Shown in pieces: positions 22,338 to 33,111 of a DNA stretch of 47,044 nt. The stretch lies in assembly GCA_037721765.1 (NCBI GenBank), contig JBBJOE010000001.1, positions 1-47,044 of the forward strand. The letters are read 5' to 3'. A model generated the notes under the pieces. It worked only from the letters and a program-made list of their open reading frames with translations, ran no database searches and was not told the DNA's origin. Source of the stretch: Thermomicrobiales bacterium. Lineage in GTDB: Bacteria; Chloroflexota; Chloroflexia; Thermomicrobiales; UBA6265. A program made the translations under genes and the position numbers. Each line of letters starts with the position of its first letter. Position 1 is the first letter of the stretch.

Positions 22338-23672
22338 GTGAGACCGTGGCCGAACACCTTCGAGCGAGACGGGGACGGGGTCGCCTGGTTGGGCGGCATC
22401 CGCACGACGGAGCTGGCCGACACCTTCGGCACCCCACTCTACGCCTACGACGCCGACACCCTGACGACCACCGCGTCGCGGTTCGTCGCCGCCCTCGCGG
22501 CCGACTACCCCCGGGGCCGGGCGGTCTATGCCGCCAAGGCGTTCTTCTCGACCGCGATCGTCCGCCTACTGCGAGACCTCGGCCTCGGCCTCGACGTCTC
22601 CTCCGGCGGCGAACTGTTCGCCGGGCTCCGGGCGGGCATGCCGCCCGCCCTCGTCACCTTCCACGGGAACGCCAAGACCGCCGCCGAACTGGGGGAGGCC
22701 CTCGATGCCGGGGTGGGCCTGGTCGTCGTCGATAACCTGACCGAACTCGACGACCTGGCGCGCCTGGCCGCCGGGCGGGGCGTCACCCAACGCATCCTCC
22801 TCCGGCTCAACCCGGGCATCGATGTCCATACCCACGAGAAGATCAAGACCGGCGTCCTGCGGTCGAAGTTCGGCCTGCCGATCTCGACCGGGGATGCCGC
22901 CCGCGCGGTCGAGATCGCCGTCGAGGAACCCGGCGTCACCCTGGCCGGGTATCACGCTCACCTGGGCTCCCAGTTGTTCGACATGGAGGCCCTGGCGGCC
23001 GGGGTCGACGCGCTGGTCGAATTCGCCGCCGGAATGCGGGACCGCCACGGCCTCGCTCGCCCACTCGATGTGCTCTCCCCCGGGGGCGGCTTCGGCATCC
23101 CCTATCTCGCGGGCGACCCCGACCTGGACATCGAGGCCTGGGTCGGGGCCATCGCCGCGGCGGTTCGGACCGCCTGCGCCCGGCACGGCCTGGACCGACC
23201 CGAGTTGATCATCGAACCGGGCCGGGCGATCGCCGGGCCGGCCGGGATCGCGCTCTACCGCGTCGGCCCGACCAAGCACATCCCCGGGGTCGCCCGCTAC
23301 GTCTCGGTCGACGGCGGCATGGCCGACAACATCCGTCCGACCCTCTACGGGGCCCGGTACGAAGTCGCCGTGGTCGATCGCCCCCACGACGGGGACGCTG
23401 TCGAGCAGACCGTGGTCGGCAAGTTCTGCGAATCGGGCGACATCCTGGTCGAGCGGGCCATGGTGCCGCCGATCGAGACCGGAGACCTCCTCGCCTTCGC
23501 CGCCGCCGGAGCCTACTCCCTGGCCATGGCCAGCAATTACAACCTGGCCCCTCGCCCGGCCGTCGTCCTGGTCGGCGGGGGCGACGCCCGCCTGATCCGC
23601 CGGCGCGAGACCTACGACGACCTCGTCCGGTTCGACATCGACGACCACCGCGACGGCGATCCCCGAGCGTGA
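22338..23672 (+). CDS. lysA: Diaminopimelate decarboxylase
   Basis: FGTPLYAYDADTL, YAAKAF (PLP Lys), HAHLGSQ, SPGGGFGI, CESGD, GAYSLAMASNYN. GGAGAGGAA RBS upstream of GTG 22338. Confidence 0.92.
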   Translation: MRPWPNTFERDGDGVAWLGGIRTTELADTFGTPLYAYDADTLTTTASRFVAALAADYPRGRAVYAAKAFFSTAIVRLLRDLGLGLDVSSGGELFAGLRAGMPPALVTFHGNAKTAAELGEALDAGVGLVVVDNLTELDDLARLAAGRGVTQRILLRLNPGIDVHTHEKIKTGVLRSKFGLPISTGDAARAVEIAVEEPGVTLAGYHAHLGSQLFDMEALAAGVDALVEFAAGMRDRHGLARPLDVLSPGGGFGIPYLAGDPDLDIEAWVGAIAAAVRTACARHGLDRPELIIEPGRAIAGPAGIALYRVGPTKHIPGVARYVSVDGGMADNIRPTLYGARYEVAVVDRPHDGDAVEQTVVGKFCESGDILVERAMVPPIETGDLLAFAAAGAYSLAMASNYNLAPRPAVVLVGGGDARLIRRRETYDDLVRFDIDDHRDGDPRA

Positions 23673-23850
23673 CCGCGTGACCCGATCGCTTGCACCCTCC
23701 TCCCGTCCGTAGTAGCGTTCGGGAGTACCGGAACGACCATGGATAGGGACGTCCGCACCTCGCGGGGTGTAGGCCGGTCACCGTTCCGGTCACCGGAGAC
23801 GGGTCCCTTCACCTCCCCCACACCAACGATCTCACCGGGAGCAGGATCCT

Positions 23851-25569
<1,719 letters not shown>

Positions 25570-25579
25570 CCGCCGGTCA

Positions 25580-25602
25580 CGGTGGCGGCATCTCCGCCAC
25601 CG
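25580..25602 (+). terminator. Hairpin 11 nt after the rpoD stop
   Basis: cGGTGGCGG-catct-CCGCCACCg (9 bp); no U-tract. Confidence 0.4.
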
Positions 25603-25806
25603 GCGCCGCCGAGCCGGGTCCTGTCGAATGCGCGGCGCTGCCGCCGCACCCTACCGACTCCGTAACCCGAACGCGAATCCGAGTCGCCGCCCGGCCAGAC
25701 GGGGCGTGGCCCGAACCGGGTATGCTTAGCGTCCGTGGTCGGCTGCGGTTTGCCACCACCGGCCCGATCTTCCTGTTTCCCTAGAGTGAGATGGATAGCC
25801 TTCACC

Positions 25807-27246
25807 ATGGCCCTCGTCGATCGTGCCAAGATCTCTATCAAAGCCGGTGACGGCGGACGCGGTTCCGCATCCTTTCGCCGCGAGAAGTACGTCCCCCGCG
25901 GCGGCCCCGACGGCGGCGATGGCGGCCGGGGCGGCGACATCGTGCTGCGCGTCCGGGACAACATCAATAACTTGCTCGCCTTCCGCTACGAGGTCCACTT
26001 CAAGGCCGAGAACGGGCAGTCCGGTGGCGGTCGCCGCCGCCACGGCAAGGCCGGCGCCTCCCGGGTCATCGATGTCCCGCCCGGCACCGTCGTCTGGGAC
26101 GAGCGCGACGAGGAGATCCTGGCCGACCTGGTCGAGCCTGGCGAGGAGGTCGTCGTCGCCCGGGGAGGCCGTGGCGGTCTCGGCAACACCCACTTCAAGT
26201 CCTCGACCCACCAGGCACCGCGCGTCGCGGAACTGGGCGAACCGGGCGAGGAGACATGGGTCTGGCTGGAGCTGCGGATGATCGCCGACGTCGGCCTGGT
26301 CGGCCTGCCGAACGCCGGCAAGTCGACCTTGCTCGCCGCTTCGACCGCCGCCCGGCCCAAGATCGCCGACTACCCCTTCACCACCCTGGAGCCCAACCTG
26401 GGCGTCGCCACCGTTGGCGGGCGGGACGGCCAGTCGTTCGTGATGGCCGACATCCCCGGCCTGATCGAGGGCGCCGCCGCCGGTTCCGGCCTCGGCCACG
26501 ACTTCCTCCGCCACGTCCATCGCACCAAGGTCCTCATCCACGTGCTCGACGCCGCCGGCGGACTCGAGGGGCGCGACCCACTGGACGACTTCGCCAGCAT
26601 CAACGCCGAACTCGAACTCTTCGATCCGGCCTTTCTGGAGCGGCCGATGCTGATCGCCCTGAACAAGGTCGACCTGGTCGAGGCACGGGAGAACCTCCCG
26701 ACCTTGGGCGAAGGTCTCAAGCCCCGGGGTTTCCCCGTCTTCGAGATCTCGGCCGCCACCGGCGAGGGCGTCCCCGAGGTCCTCCTCGCCGCCGCCGCCG
26801 CGTTGCGCGAGGCGGCCCACCAGGCGGCCAAGGCCCCGGCCGCCACGCCGCAGGAGCGCCGTCGCTACACCATCGGCAACGTCGATGAACGGGCCTGGGA
26901 CGTGACCCGGACCGAGGACGGCTTCATCATCACCGGGATCGGGATCGAGCGCTTCACGCGGATGACCGACTTCGCCAACGACGAGTCCGTGGCCCGCTTC
27001 AACCATGTCCTGGAGACCAGCGGGATCAGCGCCGAACTCGAACGGCAGGGCGTCGGCGACGAGGACGTCGTCACTATCGCCGAGCACGAGATGGTCTGGG
27101 GTGAGCAGGATGAACCGATCGCCTACTCCGTCCGCAAGACCCGTCGCCAGCGGATGCAAGACCGCGAGGTCCCGGCCGACCTAGACGAGGACGCCGACCG
27201 CGTCGCGGTGTCGGTCGAGGACGCCTGGACCGAAGACGAGGCCTGA
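25807..27246 (+). CDS. obg: GTPase Obg/CgtA
   Basis: MALVDRAKISIKAGDGGRGSASFRREKYVPRGGPDGGDGGRGGDI (Obg fold), G1 GLPNAGKST, G3 DIPGLIEGA, G4 NKVD, and a C-terminal OCT domain. Start at ATG 25807 rather than track 25735. Confidence 0.93.
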   Translation: MALVDRAKISIKAGDGGRGSASFRREKYVPRGGPDGGDGGRGGDIVLRVRDNINNLLAFRYEVHFKAENGQSGGGRRRHGKAGASRVIDVPPGTVVWDERDEEILADLVEPGEEVVVARGGRGGLGNTHFKSSTHQAPRVAELGEPGEETWVWLELRMIADVGLVGLPNAGKSTLLAASTAARPKIADYPFTTLEPNLGVATVGGRDGQSFVMADIPGLIEGAAAGSGLGHDFLRHVHRTKVLIHVLDAAGGLEGRDPLDDFASINAELELFDPAFLERPMLIALNKVDLVEARENLPTLGEGLKPRGFPVFEISAATGEGVPEVLLAAAAALREAAHQAAKAPAATPQERRRYTIGNVDERAWDVTRTEDGFIITGIGIERFTRMTDFANDESVARFNHVLETSGISAELERQGVGDEDVVTIAEHEMVWGEQDEPIAYSVRKTRRQRMQDREVPADLDEDADRVAVSVEDAWTEDEA

Positions 27247-27291
27247 TCGCGCCTCCGCCGGGGGCACCGCCGCGCGAACCTCACCGGCGCG

Positions 27292-28059
27292 TCAGGCCGG
27301 AGGTTCTCCGGTCGCCTCGTGGGTACCCATCGGGTCGCCCGCGTGTGCCGGTGTCGCATAGACGCCTCGATACCGCTCCGGTAACAGGTCGGCGACCTTG
27401 AGCAGCATCTGCTCGCTGGCCTCGGCGGCGCCAAGTCGCCCGCCATCGGCCGGTGGCACGAGGTGGAACGGTTCGCCGATCTGGACCCGGACCTGCCGGT
27501 TCCACCGGCCCCGGCCTCGCCCATTGAGCGGCAGGGTGTCCGACCCGGTCACCGCGACCGGGATGATCGGGACGCCCGAGCGGATCGCCAGCATGCCGGC
27601 CCCCGGCATCGCCGTCCCGAGGGCTCCGGTCCTGCTGCGCGTCCCCTCCGGGAACATTCCCAGGCCGAAGCCCTGCGCCAGGACGGTTTCGGCCCGGCGC
27701 AGCGCCGAGCGGTCCATCTTGCCCCGGTCGACCGGGAACGCCCCGACGCCCCTGATCACCCGGCCGACCACGGGCACCTCGAAGAGTTCTCGCTTGGCCA
27801 TGAAGTGGACCGAGCGCGGGCAGGAGACCGCGACCACGATCGGGTCGATATTGTGCAGGTGATTCGCGACCAGGATGAACGCGCCCTCGCGCGGCACTCG
27901 CTCCGCCCCCCGCACCCTGTAGCCGAATAGGAGCCAGAGCAACGCGTAGCAGGACCGGCGGACCACTTTGAAGGCGACAGGTCCGAGCGTCCCCCGCCGC
28001 ACGTCTTCGACCGGCGCCAGGCCGGGCCGGGGCCCGGGACCTCTGCCGCTGCCCATCAT
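27292..28059 (-). CDS. plsC: 1-acyl-sn-glycerol-3-phosphate acyltransferase
   Basis: VANHLHNIDP (HX4D), FPEGTRS, IPVAV. ATG 28059 forms an ATGA overlap with the cmk stop. Confidence 0.85.
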   Translation of the reverse strand: MMGSGRGPGPRPGLAPVEDVRRGTLGPVAFKVVRRSCYALLWLLFGYRVRGAERVPREGAFILVANHLHNIDPIVVAVSCPRSVHFMAKRELFEVPVVGRVIRGVGAFPVDRGKMDRSALRRAETVLAQGFGLGMFPEGTRSRTGALGTAMPGAGMLAIRSGVPIIPVAVTGSDTLPLNGRGRGRWNRQVRVQIGEPFHLVPPADGGRLGAAEASEQMLLKVADLLPERYRGVYATPAHAGDPMGTHEATGEPPA

Positions 28060-28775
28060 GGCGTCACGTCCCCGGTGTCCCACCGCGCCCGCGCCAGCGC
28101 CGCGATCTCCTCTACCAATCCCGCCACCGTCTTGCCGTCGGAACTGATCGCCACCGCGCCGTCCGGCACCCGCAACGGGGAGACCTCACGGGAGGCGTCG
28201 TAGGCATCACGCCGTCGCAGGTCGGCCAGTACGGCGTCGTAGGTCAGTCCGCCACCCCGGGTCGCGATCTCGGCGTGTCGACGCCGGGCCCGTTCCTCTG
28301 GGCTGGCGTCGAGGTAGACCTTCAGGCCGGCATTCGGCACCACCACCGACCCCGTGTCCCGCCCGACCATCACGACCATGCCGCGGCCGGCGATTTCCCG
28401 CTGGACCGGCAACAGCGCCGCCCGCACGGCGGGGTGGGCCGACACGGCCGACACGTGCCGGTCCACCTCCGCGCTCCGGAGGAGGTCGGTGACGTCTTCG
28501 CCGTCGAGCGACACGTCGTAGAGCCGGCCGAACCCGGGCGTCGGCCGGCCGACGTCGATACGCCGGGTCTCGGCCAGGTCAGCCAACGCCGCCCCCGCAC
28601 CGGGGTCGATCTCCCGGCGCAGCGCAGCCAGCGTGATCGCGCGGTAGAGCGTGCCGGTGTCGAACAGGATCGCCCCGATCCGATCAGCCAGTTCCCGCGC
28701 GACGGTGCTCTTTCCGGCCGCGACGGGGCCGTCGATCGTGATCACCCTCCGGTGATCGTGGCTCGTGGCGGTCAT
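28056..28775 (-). CDS. cmk: Cytidylate kinase
   Basis: ITIDGPVAAGKSTVAREL, DTGTLYRA, GRDTGSVV, RRR...RD lid. Confidence 0.92.
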   Translation of the reverse strand: MTATSHDHRRVITIDGPVAAGKSTVARELADRIGAILFDTGTLYRAITLAALRREIDPGAGAALADLAETRRIDVGRPTPGFGRLYDVSLDGEDVTDLLRSAEVDRHVSAVSAHPAVRAALLPVQREIAGRGMVVMVGRDTGSVVVPNAGLKVYLDASPEERARRRHAEIATRGGGLTYDAVLADLRRRDAYDASREVSPLRVPDGAVAISSDGKTVAGLVEEIAALARARWDTGDVTP

Positions 28776-30573
28776 GCTCGCGCTGCTCCTGCCGCTCCTC
28801 GTCCCGCGGGGTCATCCGATCACCCCGCTCCGGCCGGGGCCCGAACCGGTCGCGACGGTTCACCACCGGGCCACGCTCGCGACCACCCCGACCAGGGGCC
28901 ACGGGAGTCCGCTGGCCCCGCTCCGGCCCCTCGCCACGGTCCGGTCGTCCTGAAGGTTGCGGTCGTTCGCGCCGCTCGCGCCGCTCTCGGCCGGTGCCGC
29001 GATCCTCACCGCCCCCGCCGGACCCGACCCGTCCCGGTCGGGATGCGGGTCGGGCTTCACCCGGCCGCGTCGGGCCCCGCGATCCGTCGCCGCGTGGCGA
29101 CGACGCCGGGTCACGACGGGGACCCGTCCGGGGCACACCCGTGGCTCGGCGCCCGGAGGGATCGGGCCGTCCCATGCGGTCGGGGCGCGTCATCCGGCCC
29201 GCCCGCCGGCCGCCGGTCGGGAATCCTTTGGGCGGCCGTTCGCCCCGTTCCATCCCTGGGCCATCGCTTCGACCGGGCCGATCGCGAGTCTCGACCCGCT
29301 CCTCGCCACGCTCGGGGCCAGCGCCCCGCCCGCGCCAGTCAGGAGCCATCCCGCGCGACCTCCGTCCGCTGGTGATTTGGTCCGGGTGAGCCCCGTCCGC
29401 CCGGATATCCCGTCGCGGCCCCCGATCCTCGTCCCGGCGCTGTCCCGCACCGGGGGATCGTCCCGGACCTCGCCCGCCGCGCTCCGGCCGGACCGGCCCA
29501 CGCCCGACGTTGCGGCCGCGCGGGCCCGCATCGTCCCCCGACGCCACGGGGGGACGACGGGTCGCGAAGGGCCCACCGCGGAATGGTCCCGACGCGACGG
29601 CCCGGTCACCGGCCGGGTCATGATCTCGACCGGTGTCCCGCCCACGATACGCCGGGTCGTCCCGGGGACCTTCCCCGACGAGGCGCACGGTCTCGTCGTT
29701 GGAGAAGGCCGGTCGCGCCTTCGGCCGCAGGCCAAAGGTCCGTTCCGGGGCCGGGCGGTTCGCCGCCACCGGCATCACGGTCGTGCGGCCCTCCGGGCGG
29801 CCAATGGCATCGACCCGGGCGCGGGGCCGTGCGGGTCGCGCCATCGGCGGCGCCGACTCGTCGAGGTGCACGGCCTCGGCGAGACTCGCGGCTTCCCCAG
29901 GGGTCAGGTCGCGCCAGGTCCCCTTCGCGATCCCCTCCAACACCAACGGGCCGACCCGGACCCGGGTCAGTCGTTCGACCGGGATCTTGACCGCTTCCAT
30001 CATCCGCCGGATGACGTGGAACATCCCGACGTGCAGGCTGATCGTCAGCCAGATCCCCTCGCGGGTCTCGCGCAGCAGCCGGAACTCGTCCGGTCGGATG
30101 ACCTGGCCATCGACGAGCACCCCCTCCCGGACCCGGTGCATCGTCCGGTCATCCGGCCGGATGGTCGTCAGGACATGGTATTCCTTGGTCAGCCGGTAGC
30201 GCGGGTGCATGATCCTATTCGCCAACTCACCGTTGTTGGTCAGGACTAGCAAACCCTCCGTGTCGCGATCGAGACGTCCGACCGGGTAGACCCGTTCCCG
30301 GACATCGACCAGATCCATCACGGTCCAGCGGTCGCGCTCGTCCTTGACGGTGGTGATGTACCCGGCCGGCTTGTGCAGGATGATGGTCCGGTCGCGCTGG
30401 GCCCGCAATTCCCGGCCATCGACCCGGATCGACGCCCGGACCGGGTCGACCCGCGTCCCCAGCTCGGTCACCCGCTGACCATCGACCGTGACGCGGCCCT
30501 GGACGATCAACGCCTCGGCATCGCGACGCGAGCCGCTGCCGCGCGCGGCCATCACGCGTTGTAATCGTTCCAC
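28684..30573 (-). CDS. rluB: RluB/RsuA-type rRNA pseudouridine synthase with an S4 domain and a low-complexity Arg/Gly/Pro/Asp tail of about 390 aa
   Basis: S4 domain: ERLQRVMAARGSGSRRDAEALIVQGRVTVDG. Catalytic VGRLDRDTEGLLVLTNNGELANRIMHPRY. Start set to GTG 30573 (GGAGG 9 nt upstream); the track start is 30648. Confidence 0.85.
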   Translation of the reverse strand: MERLQRVMAARGSGSRRDAEALIVQGRVTVDGQRVTELGTRVDPVRASIRVDGRELRAQRDRTIILHKPAGYITTVKDERDRWTVMDLVDVRERVYPVGRLDRDTEGLLVLTNNGELANRIMHPRYRLTKEYHVLTTIRPDDRTMHRVREGVLVDGQVIRPDEFRLLRETREGIWLTISLHVGMFHVIRRMMEAVKIPVERLTRVRVGPLVLEGIAKGTWRDLTPGEAASLAEAVHLDESAPPMARPARPRARVDAIGRPEGRTTVMPVAANRPAPERTFGLRPKARPAFSNDETVRLVGEGPRDDPAYRGRDTGRDHDPAGDRAVASGPFRGGPFATRRPPVASGDDAGPRGRNVGRGPVRPERGGRGPGRSPGAGQRRDEDRGPRRDIRADGAHPDQITSGRRSRGMAPDWRGRGAGPERGEERVETRDRPGRSDGPGMERGERPPKGFPTGGRRAGRMTRPDRMGRPDPSGRRATGVPRTGPRRDPASSPRGDGSRGPTRPGEARPASRPGRVGSGGGGEDRGTGRERRERRERPQPSGRPDRGEGPERGQRTPVAPGRGGRERGPVVNRRDRFGPRPERGDRMTPRDEERQEQREHDRHEPRSPEGDHDRRPRRGRKEHRRAGTG

Positions 30574-30728
30574 GGCGGGGAGCCTCCAGCGAGGACTAGG
30601 ACGAGAGATGGGGGGTGAGACCCTGGCTCGATGATGGCCAGTGGGCACCTCGGCACCCGGTGGCCCCTATATGCGACGCCGCAAAAGCGGGTACATCACT
30701 CCGGGACGCTTCATCGGCACCCGGGTCG

Positions 30729-30747
30729 GGACGGGACTGGGCCGTCC
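30729..30747 (-). terminator. Hairpin just downstream of the carboxypeptidase stop
   Basis: GGACGG-7 nt-CCGTCC, 11 nt after stop 30758-30760 on the minus strand. Confidence 0.3.
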
Positions 30748-30757
30748 GGCTTGACGG

Positions 30758-31942
30758 TCAGGTTTGGAAGAGCGGGCGCTCGGCGATCTGACGGTCTCCG
30801 ACGAAGAATAGCACGCGGCCCACCTCGTCATCGGCGTTCGCCGCCGGTCCGAGCCGCAGCCGGAACGCGACGTCGTCCGTCCCGGCCGGGACGACGATGT
30901 TCGCCCCATCGTCCCCCAGGGTCACCTCCCAGGCGGCGAGGGCGTCGGTGAGGCCGGGGACCTCCGCCGGATCGACCCACGCATAATTGCTGTTCAGGGC
31001 GTCGATGAGCGTGAGCGTGTCGCTATAGCGGGCCGGGCTGACCAAAAAGCCAGATTCCGGGTCCTCCGCCACGTCGCTCCCCAGCACCACCGTCACCACC
31101 CGGTTTCCCAGGTAGGTGGCGCCGATCACCAGACACCCGCCGGCGTCTTCGGTGATACCCGTCTTGATGCCGATGATGCCGTCGTCTTGGAGGAGGTTGT
31201 TCGTCGTCGAGAGGGGATAGGCGCGCGCCTCGGCACCGGACGATACCCCGTCGTAGGTGGGAGTATCGACGATCGCCGCCAGCGTCTCGTCTCGAAGCAG
31301 TTGACCGGCCAGCGTCGCCAGGTCCCGGGCCGAGGAGTAGTGGCCCTCCTCATCAGGCCCGGCGGGGTTGCGGAACTGGGTATGTTCGAGTCCCAGCGTC
31401 GCGACCAGGTCGTTCATCGCCTGGACGAAGGCCGCCAGCGGGTCCGCGTCGCCACCCGGTAGACCAGCCCCGACGTGCCGGGCCAAGGCGTTGGCCGCGT
31501 CGTTGCCCGAGGGGAGCAGCAGTCCGTAGAGCAGCAACTCGATCGTCAGGGTGTCGCCCGCCACCAGTCCCATATTCGAGAAGACCTCGATGTCGACCAG
31601 GTCCCCCTCCTCGATCACCACCGTGTCCGTCAGCTCCGACTCCTGACGCACCACCAGCGCGGTCGCGATCTTGGTCGTGCTGGCGGGCGACAGTTCCGCA
31701 TCGGGTTCCAACGCGTACAACGCCTGGTCGGCATCCACGTCGAGCACGAACGCGGAGGCGGCGGTGATCTCCGGTGGGGCCGGGACGTCCGCCGTTTCCT
31801 GGGCCACGAGCCCGGCCGGTCGCGAGCCGAGCACCAGGGAGACCACCAGCGCAACGGTGGCGCACCGTCCCCACGATCCCCGGTCGCGAGGGCATCGCCC
31901 GGAGAGTCTGGGTGGCGTCGAGAGGGCGGGGAGGTCTCGCAT
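30758..31942 (-). CDS. Serine-type D-Ala-D-Ala carboxypeptidase (peptidase S11, PBP5-like)
   Basis: SxxK (SPASTTKIATALV), SxN (LPSGNDAANAL), KTG (IKTGIT) and a signal-like N-terminus. ATG 31942 is preferred because third-position GC drops upstream of it. Confidence 0.85.
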   Translation of the reverse strand: MRDLPALSTPPRLSGRCPRDRGSWGRCATVALVVSLVLGSRPAGLVAQETADVPAPPEITAASAFVLDVDADQALYALEPDAELSPASTTKIATALVVRQESELTDTVVIEEGDLVDIEVFSNMGLVAGDTLTIELLLYGLLLPSGNDAANALARHVGAGLPGGDADPLAAFVQAMNDLVATLGLEHTQFRNPAGPDEEGHYSSARDLATLAGQLLRDETLAAIVDTPTYDGVSSGAEARAYPLSTTNNLLQDDGIIGIKTGITEDAGGCLVIGATYLGNRVVTVVLGSDVAEDPESGFLVSPARYSDTLTLIDALNSNYAWVDPAEVPGLTDALAAWEVTLGDDGANIVVPAGTDDVAFRLRLGPAANADDEVGRVLFFVGDRQIAERPLFQT

Positions 31943-31950
31943 AGGAACAA

Positions 31951-31956
31951 AGTATA
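31951..31956 (-). promoter_or_regulatory. Candidate -10 box (TATACT) 8 nt upstream of the carboxypeptidase ATG
   Basis: Minus strand reads ccggTATACTttgttcctATG, with no SD. Same arrangement as at uvrC. Confidence 0.3.
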
Positions 31957-32253
31957 CCGGCCCGGCGGCGGGACGGCGAAAGGGTTGCCGGAGTGGGTTC
32001 TCGTCGACGTCCCTCGATCTGCGAGTCGAGGAAGGGGACCGTATCCTTTCACCAGTTGTCTCGCTCATGCTGGCCCGGTGCGGGACCTCGAACGGGCCAG
32101 GCCCTAGCCGTTGCGGTCCCGATTCCCGATCGCCCCCGGGACGGTGGCTCGGGTCCTCCCCAAAGGTCCCGTCTCGCCCTGCCGGCGGTCGAGCGGTGTC
32201 GTCCGTCGGCTGGGCGGGGTCGCAACGAGGGGCGACGCCGCTATCATTCCACC

Positions 32254-33111
32254 ATGTCAGGTGATCAGCCTCACCGTCCCGGCCACATCCGGCTGGCCGC
32301 GATCGGCGACCTCCACGTCCAGACCGACGTCTCGCCCGGGTTGGCCGACGACCTGGCGACGGTCCACGATCGCGCCGATGCCCTCGTCATCGCCGGGGAC
32401 ATGACCGACAACGGCCGGCTGGCAGAGTTCGAAGCCGTCGCCTCCGTCCTCGCGACCGTCCGGATACCGGTCATCGCCGTGCTGGGCAACCACGACCGCC
32501 GCTGCCTACGCCGGACCGCCCTGCGTCGCATTCTCGAAGCGGCCGGGGTCCGTCTCCTCGATGGGACGGGTACCACCGTCGCGGTCACCCCCCGTCGCCC
32601 CGGCGCGACACCGGCTCTCACGTATTTTCCGTCCCTGCCCCCCGTCGAGGTCGGTTTCGCCGGTGTCGGGGGCTACGGGGGTGGGTTCTGGCCCGAGGAG
32701 GGCCCCCTCGTTCCCGCCTACCGCGCCACCCAGGCCATCTCCCTCCGGGCCCGGCGGGAGGCCGCCCGGTTGGACCAGGCCCTGCACGAGATCGAGACCG
32801 GTGTCGCGGTCCGGGTCGTGGTCCTCCACTACGCCCCGACCGTGACCACCCTCGGCAACGAACCACCCGCCAAACTGTGGATGCTCGGCAATAGTGTCCT
32901 CGCCAAGGTGATCGACCAGCACCCGGTCGACCTCGTCATCCACGGCCACGCTCACCTCGGCAACCCGGAGGGCCATACGCCGGCCGGCACGCCGGTCCGC
33001 AACGTGGCCGCCCACGTGGTCGGCAACCCCGTCGTGATCGAACTTCCGATCCGTTCGCCGGGCGACCTCCCGCATCTCCCGGTGGTCGCCCTTCCCGGAC
33101 ACGTCTCGTGA
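32254..33111 (+). CDS. Calcineurin-like metallophosphoesterase
   Basis: GDLHV, IAGDMTDNG, LGNHD, VVLHYAP, HGHAH motifs in canonical order. Start at ATG 32254 within track ORF 31993..33111. Confidence 0.75.
   Translation: MSGDQPHRPGHIRLAAIGDLHVQTDVSPGLADDLATVHDRADALVIAGDMTDNGRLAEFEAVASVLATVRIPVIAVLGNHDRRCLRRTALRRILEAAGVRLLDGTGTTVAVTPRRPGATPALTYFPSLPPVEVGFAGVGGYGGGFWPEEGPLVPAYRATQAISLRARREAARLDQALHEIETGVAVRVVVLHYAPTVTTLGNEPPAKLWMLGNSVLAKVIDQHPVDLVIHGHAHLGNPEGHTPAGTPVRNVAAHVVGNPVVIELPIRSPGDLPHLPVVALPGHVS

Noticed and set aside
28687-29865. Repetitive DNA in the rluB tail as a CRISPR array or tandem-repeat locus.
   Set aside because: The repetition is at the level of amino-acid composition (RG/RD/RE), with no regular repeat-spacer periodicity. 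One frame stays open throughout.
31993-32253. Long 5' extensions offered by the track for the phosphoesterase (31993). The same applies to obg (25735), ald (39877), the ABC ATPase (44170), the second phosphoesterase (45893) and the carboxypeptidase (32068).
   Set aside because: The extensions are Arg/Pro-rich, overlap upstream genes or divergent promoters, lack RBSs and (where counted) have lower third-position GC. The internal starts have SD sites or 4-nt overlaps and match the family N-termini.
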